Notes under the pieces: generated by a model
What the model was told of the DNA's origin: nothing
Seen by the model: only the letters and a program-made list of their open reading frames with translations
Database searches by the model: none
Shown: positions 57,739 to 64,000 of the stretch, in pieces
Numbering within the stretch: the first letter of the stretch is position 1
Layout of the letters: every line of letters starts with the position of its first letter
NCBI GenBank assembly: GCA_015523565.1
Contig: WAKA01000095.1
Coordinates: 1 to 64,000 of the forward strand
Length of the DNA: 64,000 bases
From: Candidatus Heimdallarchaeota archaeon
GTDB taxonomy: Archaea > Asgardarchaeota > Heimdallarchaeia > Heimdallarchaeales > Kariarchaeaceae
Direction: 5' to 3'
Position numbers and translations under genes: made by a program

Positions 57739-59652
57739 GTGGTTATTGAAAATTATGTAACAATACTCCGGGGAAATGAAAAACAAATAAATTTTGAAGA
57801 CCCTGGGAGTTATTCCGTAATTTCTAAAAATCCTGAATTTGGTGAATCTGTTATATCTACATTGAAAAATATTTTTGGAACCTCGATTATATCATTGGAA
57901 AGTTTTCAAAAAATCAATATTGAAAGTTATGATGATTACTTGGGTCCTGTTTTTTTTGATCCATATTATTTTGTGTTTATAGGGCAGTTTTCTTCATTGA
58001 CAATAATCGCAATTAATAAAAATTATCCATATAATGCCGATTGGATTTTGCAATCTGTAGAATTGCATTTGAATCATAACCGCCCAATTTCTTTCAATAG
58101 TCTTCAAGAAATGCGTTATGAATTTCTTGATATTTGTACTTCTCCAATTTATGACGATACTACAGATAGTTATAATGATTTGTTTGCGACATTTCCTCCC
58201 AGTAATTTTCTCAATTCAATTATTGGTGAATCAAAAATCACCAACAATATTTTAAGTGACACAATTGATGTAACCAATGCAATAGAGATAATTGAATTTT
58301 TCCTTTCACAAATTTATCGATCTGACAACAATCATGGACATATCAAAAATTGGCTAGAGAAAATCCATCAGGTATTTCAAGAACATTTACTTCCCAATTT
58401 GACTCAAAACCCAGAAATAATGTTAATTCTTCTTAATTTTTATGATGCACTTATATTGTTTTCTCCACCGCTGATTTCCCTCCCTATGATTATTTCTTTC
58501 TTGAAAAAGGTACTGAGTTTGGAAGAAATTCAAAAACATCCTTCAGTTCAATATGTGTTAACACTCCAAAAGGCTTTCTTAACTAGGGATTCATTACCTC
58601 CCTTTGAAATTCATAAAAGATCAATCCCTGAAAGTTATAAACTTATCCCCTATTTTCTTGAAGTACTCAAGAAAGAAAACATATCACAAGAAAACTTCAA
58701 TAAGATTCAACAATCCATTTCCCCAGAAATATTTTACCGTGGTTATTTTCAGTTAATGCAATACATTGGTGATGAATTGTTTCGTCAATGCAGATATTCT
58801 GTTGCTGAAATCTACTATTCTGAATTAAGGCAAAAGATCCTGGTAAAAGAATCAAATTTTCCCCTTAAGCGAATTATTGATTCAAAGATTTTTTTCTCGA
58901 AACAGGGGATTTTTAATCTATATGTGAAAACTTCAATCCTTCATTACAATATTCATCAATTTGATAAGGCAATGGATTTTGCTTGGTCTGCAATCAGGAT
59001 AGGATTAAAGACCATTCAATTTGCAATAGAAAACTCTGTGTCTCCAAGCACCCTGATAGATTCACTTTTCAACAATTTTCTTCAAATAAAAGAGTCTTTA
59101 TTGGCAGAGGAAAGGGAAATGAATCCTGTTATTGAGTTAAAACTTGATGAACTCTATACAGACCTTATGGAAATAAAAAATTTGGATGAATTGCTCGAAA
59201 AGATTAATGTTCACCAAGAATCCTTTGCATTCTTAATGCCACAAACTCCCCCAAAATTTTTGTTCCTTACACCAGATGGAAGATTGTTATATTCTGTAAC
59301 TGCCAATTATGACCTTGAAAACAGCGAAGAGGAAACTGAATCACATTTAATGGCTGGTGTATTGACTGCAATACGCACTATTTTCTTGGAGGCTTCATTT
59401 TCAGGAAGTGGAAATGTAAAAGAGATCGATGCAGGTGATACAACCCTATACATTGAAGCAAGAGATTCTGTAGTTGTAGTCGTCTCATCAGTCAATCTTG
59501 ATCAAGAACTGAAAAATTTTGCAAATTGGATAGCCAATGAGATTCAGCTCAATTACAGTGAGATCATTGACAATTGGGATGGGCGAATGCTCTCATTGGA
59601 ACCCATTGTCAAGTTCATTATTCAAAGCATTAAAGAAAAATTATTGGACTAG
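57739..59652 (+). CDS. Helical/TPR-like protein with a C-terminal longin-like domain
   Basis: C-terminal LFLTPDGRLLYS...LMAGVLTAIRTIF.E...VKEIDAGDTTLYIE...VVVVV...LKNFA...Y...IDNWDG resembles Asgard longin-type domains. Confidence 0.65.
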   Translation: MVIENYVTILRGNEKQINFEDPGSYSVISKNPEFGESVISTLKNIFGTSIISLESFQKINIESYDDYLGPVFFDPYYFVFIGQFSSLTIIAINKNYPYNADWILQSVELHLNHNRPISFNSLQEMRYEFLDICTSPIYDDTTDSYNDLFATFPPSNFLNSIIGESKITNNILSDTIDVTNAIEIIEFFLSQIYRSDNNHGHIKNWLEKIHQVFQEHLLPNLTQNPEIMLILLNFYDALILFSPPLISLPMIISFLKKVLSLEEIQKHPSVQYVLTLQKAFLTRDSLPPFEIHKRSIPESYKLIPYFLEVLKKENISQENFNKIQQSISPEIFYRGYFQLMQYIGDELFRQCRYSVAEIYYSELRQKILVKESNFPLKRIIDSKIFFSKQGIFNLYVKTSILHYNIHQFDKAMDFAWSAIRIGLKTIQFAIENSVSPSTLIDSLFNNFLQIKESLLAEEREMNPVIELKLDELYTDLMEIKNLDELLEKINVHQESFAFLMPQTPPKFLFLTPDGRLLYSVTANYDLENSEEETESHLMAGVLTAIRTIFLEASFSGSGNVKEIDAGDTTLYIEARDSVVVVVSSVNLDQELKNFANWIANEIQLNYSEIIDNWDGRMLSLEPIVKFIIQSIKEKLLD

Positions 59653-60426
59653 TTAGATCACAAAAATCTCATGAATTTCTTGCAAGGCAGTTAAATTCCT
59701 AATTTTTATCCCTCCTCCTATTTTCATCCGCAAATTTGGTGTAGATACCAATAATTTTGGACCCATGTTCTCCAAATTGACCTTGATTTCTTGTCTGATT
59801 TGCAAGCCTCTCAGTCCCTTTTTTACATCTTCCCCAACAAATTCAATATAATCAAGCCCTGAAAATCCCGCAATTTCATGCTTTGTAGCTATTCTTAAAC
59901 TATTTATTTGTTCATATTTGGAAAATGCTTTTGAATTTTCAAGTGCACGAATTCTATATTTTTTTACTCCCGCATTTTCAAAAATTTTTTGGGTTCCCTT
60001 GTTTCTTAAACTTTCCAGAATTATTCCATGTTTTGGGAAAAAGAACACCACGTCCCAAAAATCCCAATTCATTTTTAACTTGTCTTTGATTGCACTTCCC
60101 TTTTTAAAATCAGTAAGGCAGACAATTCTTGGTTTTTGAAGTAAAACAGTTTTGGTTCCTAAAATTTGTACCTTGACTTTTTCAATTAGATCTGCTGCAT
60201 TTCCTTCCTCTTTGAAAGACATTAAATTGAATTCGTCACAAAAAAGCCGATGGAACAGGAAAAGCTTCCAAATTCGATTGGATATGCCTCTTTCTTTTAT
60301 ATTTTCATTTATTGCTTCGTTAAACTCTCTTGCTTCTCTATTGATATCTAATGATTCAAATATCTCTGTTGGCACACATTTCTGAGCTATATTGATGACT
60401 TTCCAATAAAGGGATTGTTGTTTCAT
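59653..60426 (-). CDS. Hypothetical basic protein
   Basis: 257-aa ORF, co-oriented with the zinc-ribbon gene. Confidence 0.6.
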   Translation of the reverse strand: MKQQSLYWKVINIAQKCVPTEIFESLDINREAREFNEAINENIKERGISNRIWKLFLFHRLFCDEFNLMSFKEEGNAADLIEKVKVQILGTKTVLLQKPRIVCLTDFKKGSAIKDKLKMNWDFWDVVFFFPKHGIILESLRNKGTQKIFENAGVKKYRIRALENSKAFSKYEQINSLRIATKHEIAGFSGLDYIEFVGEDVKKGLRGLQIRQEIKVNLENMGPKLLVSTPNLRMKIGGGIKIRNLTALQEIHEIFVI

Positions 60427-60436
60427 TTATTCATCA

Positions 60437-60850
60437 CTATTTAAAAATAAACATGTCCTCCTCAATTACTCCATTTACCTTCCCTGAAGAAATATATTTC
60501 TTCAATATTTTGAGAAGATTTTCCTTTGCCACACCAACTTCTGTTGCAAATTCCCCAATGTTGAAATTTTCTGAACTTTTGAGTTTATCTTCAACCAATT
60601 GTTTTTTGGATTTCCCTTGAAAATCTCCTTTTGTTTTTCCCATGGATCCTGTTATGTTTTTTCCACATTTCGGACAGTCCCATGTAGCCATGATTGTAAT
60701 GGTTACATTACCGTCCTTATCAGGCATGGGGGACACCAAGGTCCATTGCTTTTTTGTTGGAACATCGGCAGGCATAAAGGTATGTCCACATTTTTTGCAT
60801 TTGACTGGTTTGACTTTAGGTTTTGTACTTGTCTTTGTTCTTTTACCCAT
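60437..60850 (-). CDS. Cren7-like zinc-ribbon protein with a C-terminal winged helix
   Basis: KPVKCKKCG...KQWTLVSPMPD.DG.VTITIMATWDCPKCGK; C-terminal FNIGEFATEVGV...ISSGKVNGVI. Confidence 0.6.
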   Translation of the reverse strand: MGKRTKTSTKPKVKPVKCKKCGHTFMPADVPTKKQWTLVSPMPDKDGNVTITIMATWDCPKCGKNITGSMGKTKGDFQGKSKKQLVEDKLKSSENFNIGEFATEVGVAKENLLKILKKYISSGKVNGVIEEDMFIFK

Positions 60851-60934
60851 AACTTCACTACCACCTAAACCGTTGAAAAGATTTCTGACTAATTTAAAGA
60901 ATTATGAACAAACATGATCAAAAGTAAGAACTTC

Positions 60935-61888
60935 TCACTTATTGAATTTGCTTTTCAAAAGCAGTTTCTTCTTTACTTCCTTAATAATTTCATCCAATAG
61001 GCTCTTCTTGACTTGAACCCAATCTACTGATTTCAATTCGTTCGGCATTTGTGACATGACTTGGTAAAACATTTTTTCTAATGTGAGAATTTCTGGCAAT
61101 AACGGCATGTGCTCCTTTTCTATAAAAAACACAATTTGAAAATATCCATTTTTCAATCTCGGATCTTCTGCCTCTTTATCCATTAACCTAAAACTGAAAA
61201 CAAGTAGAATAAAATTCTGAAAAAGACCTGATTGGTAAATGGCAAGACCTTCACTATACTCCTCTCCTTGACCTGCTGAAAATAAAGTGTACATACCGAG
61301 TTCAAGAAGTGCATCATCCAATTTGTCTTCAGTCAGAAGATCAAGCTTGTCAAAATCTTTGGTTAGAAGTTTGGGACCAATTGTGTCCATCTTAAAGACT
61401 GCCATGGGAAATTTATCTTCTCTAAACGCCCTTTTGATCAACTCTGAATTTGCTTTTATCAGTTCAATGACATGAAGGGCTGATGAAGTGGTTTTAATGA
61501 GATCTCCCTCTAAGTTCTCTCCCTTTAAAATATATGAGACTCCCTTTTCTACACACTCCAATACCATCCTAATGTCGTCTTGCCCTGAAAGCATAATTAT
61601 GTACATCTCTGGATATTTCGACTGTAAATAATCGATTGTATCGATGGTTGTCTCCCCATGCAAATAGATGTCCAAAAACAAAATGTCTGGCTTAAACTTC
61701 TCAATTCCATCATAAATGTCTTTTTTTCGGGTTATGTTCATGATCTCAAATTTATTTGGATAATGTTTTTCAAGGAACATTGCCAAAAGATAATAGTCCA
61801 TGTCATTATCCTCTACACTTATGACTCGAAATTTCTCATCCTGTTGAAATTTTTCAAACTGATCTTTTGAGATAGGTTTGAATTCCAT
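60935..61888 (-). CDS. Response regulator: receiver domain plus uDENN/longin-like output domain
   Basis: REC motifs VEDND, PDILFLDIYL (phospho-Asp), IIMLSG, YILKG; C-terminal domain shared with 53454-54371. Confidence 0.82.
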   Translation of the reverse strand: MEFKPISKDQFEKFQQDEKFRVISVEDNDMDYYLLAMFLEKHYPNKFEIMNITRKKDIYDGIEKFKPDILFLDIYLHGETTIDTIDYLQSKYPEMYIIMLSGQDDIRMVLECVEKGVSYILKGENLEGDLIKTTSSALHVIELIKANSELIKRAFREDKFPMAVFKMDTIGPKLLTKDFDKLDLLTEDKLDDALLELGMYTLFSAGQGEEYSEGLAIYQSGLFQNFILLVFSFRLMDKEAEDPRLKNGYFQIVFFIEKEHMPLLPEILTLEKMFYQVMSQMPNELKSVDWVQVKKSLLDEIIKEVKKKLLLKSKFNK

Positions 61889-61941
61889 TATTATTATCTT
61901 CCATTGATTTTATCCCATAAAAAAGCTCCTATTTCAGATTA

Positions 61942-62271
61942 TCAGATAGAGGAAAGCTCTTCTACCAAATATACTAATTCATCAAGTAATACCTTCTCTT
62001 CTTCTGTAACCTTTCCATCACTTTCTGCTATTTTCTCACACTTTTTTACGATTTCAGTTTCCATTTTCTTCAATTGTTCTTTGTCAACCATGCCTGTGTT
62101 CAATGAAGATATTATCACATTCAAATAATTATGCAACGCCTCGTTAATTGAACTTAATATTGCTTTTTCTTCATTTGTAACAACCTCATCTGCCATGGCC
62201 AAATCAATCAGTTTTTCCATAATCCTAGACGCTGATTGAACCTTTTCCATTACGTATCCTTGGTCAACCAT
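61942..62271 (-). CDS. TerB-like small protein
   Basis: Duplicated A.(A/S)D..VT.EEK..L motif (AMADEVVTNEEKAIL; AESDGKVTEEEKVLL). Confidence 0.65.
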   Translation of the reverse strand: MVDQGYVMEKVQSASRIMEKLIDLAMADEVVTNEEKAILSSINEALHNYLNVIISSLNTGMVDKEQLKKMETEIVKKCEKIAESDGKVTEEEKVLLDELVYLVEELSSI

Positions 62272-62328
62272 CCATTTTTTTTTATTCTGCTAATTTATTA
62301 ATCTCTTTATGTGATGGTGAATAAATCC

Positions 62329-63885
62329 CTAATTTTCAATTAATGCTAAAAATGAACTTACTGTGATTGGAAATAAAAAGACAATCCCCTCAATGAAAAT
62401 TAATATTCCACTAGAGAATTGATTAATCATTAGATTATATCCAAGACCTATCAAACCCAAACCAAGCAAGGCAAATATTATTGAATTTCTAAACAAATGG
62501 ACATTTCTGTTCCAGACTGATTTTGGATTTGAAGGCATCCCATATTTCAAAAAGCCCAAGATGCTTGCAAACATTATCAATACTGTTGTAGAAATGCCAA
62601 TAATTGTCATAATTGGGATCAATCTCCATTTATAGGATACTCTGGTTGTTTCTTCTTCCCTCAATGATTTGAAAGCAAAAACTAAAATCACAAGATATGT
62701 CATTAATTCAAACAACGGCAACAAGATGTAAGTAGACACAGTTATTTGATTTATTTGGAGTGACGGTCTGACCAAGTTAATTCCTATTCCTCCCAAAAAT
62801 GAGACTATTAGCCCATAAAGAAAAAGTAACGGAACAATGAATGCAATTCCAATGGTGGTTAAAACATCAAGTTTCTGTACTACAGACAAGTTCTTGGAAA
62901 AAATCAGGTTTTTTAGATTTACACGGATTGATTGTCCCGCCCCAAGTGCCCATCTCCAAAGCTGTGAAATTTGTTCCTTATAAGTTAGGGGAGATTTTCC
63001 CCATGACCCAATTCTTTTGACTAATTTTCCATAATAACCATGTACCATTAATTTTATTGTGGTATCCGTATCCTCTGTAATGGAATCATAGGAGAAACCA
63101 TTTATTGACTTTATTGCCGATGTTTTGAACATTGCTGTTGAACCTACAAAAAGGACAGTTTTCCTATTGTTTTTTGGAGTTTCAATGACTTCAAAATTTT
63201 GAAGATATAATAATGCAGAGAAATATGAACTTATTGTCTTCAATCTATTAAAGCGTTTTATTGCTTGCACAAAAGCGAGATTTTCATCATTTGTCTTCTT
63301 GAATTCGGATAACAGAATGTCTATTAAGTCTTTGACTGGAACTTGATCATAATCTAAAATGATAAAATAAGGATCTTTCACTTTTTGAAGGAGGATATTT
63401 ACCATCCCTGCCTTGAATTTTTTTTGTGTTCCTGAATGAAAATAGAAAAGGCCATAATTATTGCACAATTCCTTTATTTTCAATTTCAGTTCCTGTTCTG
63501 TTGTGTCATCTCCTACCATGACCGTCAATTTGTTTCTTGGATAAGTTAAATTTCCAATAGCCTTTACTGTCTCCTCAAAATATGAGAGATTTGGGTTTTT
63601 AATGGGAATCAAGATTGTAACTCTCTCGTCATAATCATGATTGGGATTTGCTGTTTCGATGTTATTCCCATTTCTTCCCCAAAAAAGAAAAATGTTGATC
63701 GTTGCAATTTGAAGAAAAATTAATGATTCAATAGCCAACGTGATCCAATTGATTCTTTTTGCTATCTCGTCTGTTATTTTTCTGATTGGTTGAATTGAGA
63801 AATAAAGGTGTATGCCAAACCCAAAAATGATTGATGAAATCCAAAAAAATGCAAGCCATTTCTCTTTTTTATTTGATCTTTTCAA
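62329..63885 (-). CDS. Membrane-bound processive GT2 glycosyltransferase (cellulose-synthase-like)
   Basis: GDD, KAG, DYD, TED and QLWRW (D,D,D,QxxRW) motifs; N- and C-terminal TM helices. Confidence 0.88.
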   Translation of the reverse strand: MKRSNKKEKWLAFFWISSIIFGFGIHLYFSIQPIRKITDEIAKRINWITLAIESLIFLQIATINIFLFWGRNGNNIETANPNHDYDERVTILIPIKNPNLSYFEETVKAIGNLTYPRNKLTVMVGDDTTEQELKLKIKELCNNYGLFYFHSGTQKKFKAGMVNILLQKVKDPYFIILDYDQVPVKDLIDILLSEFKKTNDENLAFVQAIKRFNRLKTISSYFSALLYLQNFEVIETPKNNRKTVLFVGSTAMFKTSAIKSINGFSYDSITEDTDTTIKLMVHGYYGKLVKRIGSWGKSPLTYKEQISQLWRWALGAGQSIRVNLKNLIFSKNLSVVQKLDVLTTIGIAFIVPLLFLYGLIVSFLGGIGINLVRPSLQINQITVSTYILLPLFELMTYLVILVFAFKSLREEETTRVSYKWRLIPIMTIIGISTTVLIMFASILGFLKYGMPSNPKSVWNRNVHLFRNSIIFALLGLGLIGLGYNLMINQFSSGILIFIEGIVFLFPITVSSFLALIEN

Positions 63886-64000
63886 CCCACTTCAAACTTT
63901 CCTAAAATGTTATTTATATCTAATTGATGGTAACGGCTTAAAATCATTATTCAACAAGATTATATGGCAGGGAAAAGACAAAGGTGGTTCCACTCTCATT

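Noticed and set aside
59653-60426. Faint resemblance of IEFVGEDVKKGLRGL to the Chl4/CENP-N C-terminus
   Set aside because: The match is too short to support by eye and would need a profile-profile search.
260-62128. Many short antisense or out-of-frame ORFs in the track (e.g. 1028-1417, 7135-7563, 18760-19233, 38418-38927, 50826-51287)
   Set aside because: They overlap well-supported genes and carry no recognisable motifs, so they are treated as shadow ORFs.
1-64000. tRNA, rRNA, transposase or integrase genes
   Set aside because: No cloverleaf/T-loop signature, long GC-rich non-coding stretch, or DDE/tyrosine-recombinase motif was recognised.

Overview
AT-rich, gene-dense archaeal DNA. Archaeal-type genes (rpl24e, rps28e, rpl7ae, rps2, rpoN, mevalonate kinase, isopentenyl-phosphate kinase, MptE, RtcB, archease) occur with three Rab-like GTPases, one divergent GTPase, a roadblock protein and longin/uDENN-like domains. 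This points to an Asgard archaeon, possibly Heimdallarchaeia-like (inference). The most striking feature is a ~15.5 kb acyl-chain biosynthesis locus (24277-39784) between rtcB and archease. It holds an atypical KAS III-like gene, a three-subunit biotin-dependent acyl-CoA carboxylase, a 3243-aa type I synthase (KS-AT-KS-[ACP]n-KR-DH-PPTase) and a FabI enoyl reductase. All four intact ACPs of the synthase have Thr instead of the phosphopantetheine-accepting Ser. Other points of interest: a uDENN/longin-like domain fused to a response-regulator receiver in one gene and to a GTPase in another; a Rab/longin operon; two circularly permuted family-5 solute-binding proteins; a K-turn hairpin ncRNA candidate; an Lrp/AsnC-domain gene apparently starting at ATA; a PTPS-III-type gene near MptE; and a Cren7-like zinc-ribbon protein. 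No tRNA, rRNA, CRISPR array or transposase was recognised. All calls come from reading motifs by eye; no searches were run.
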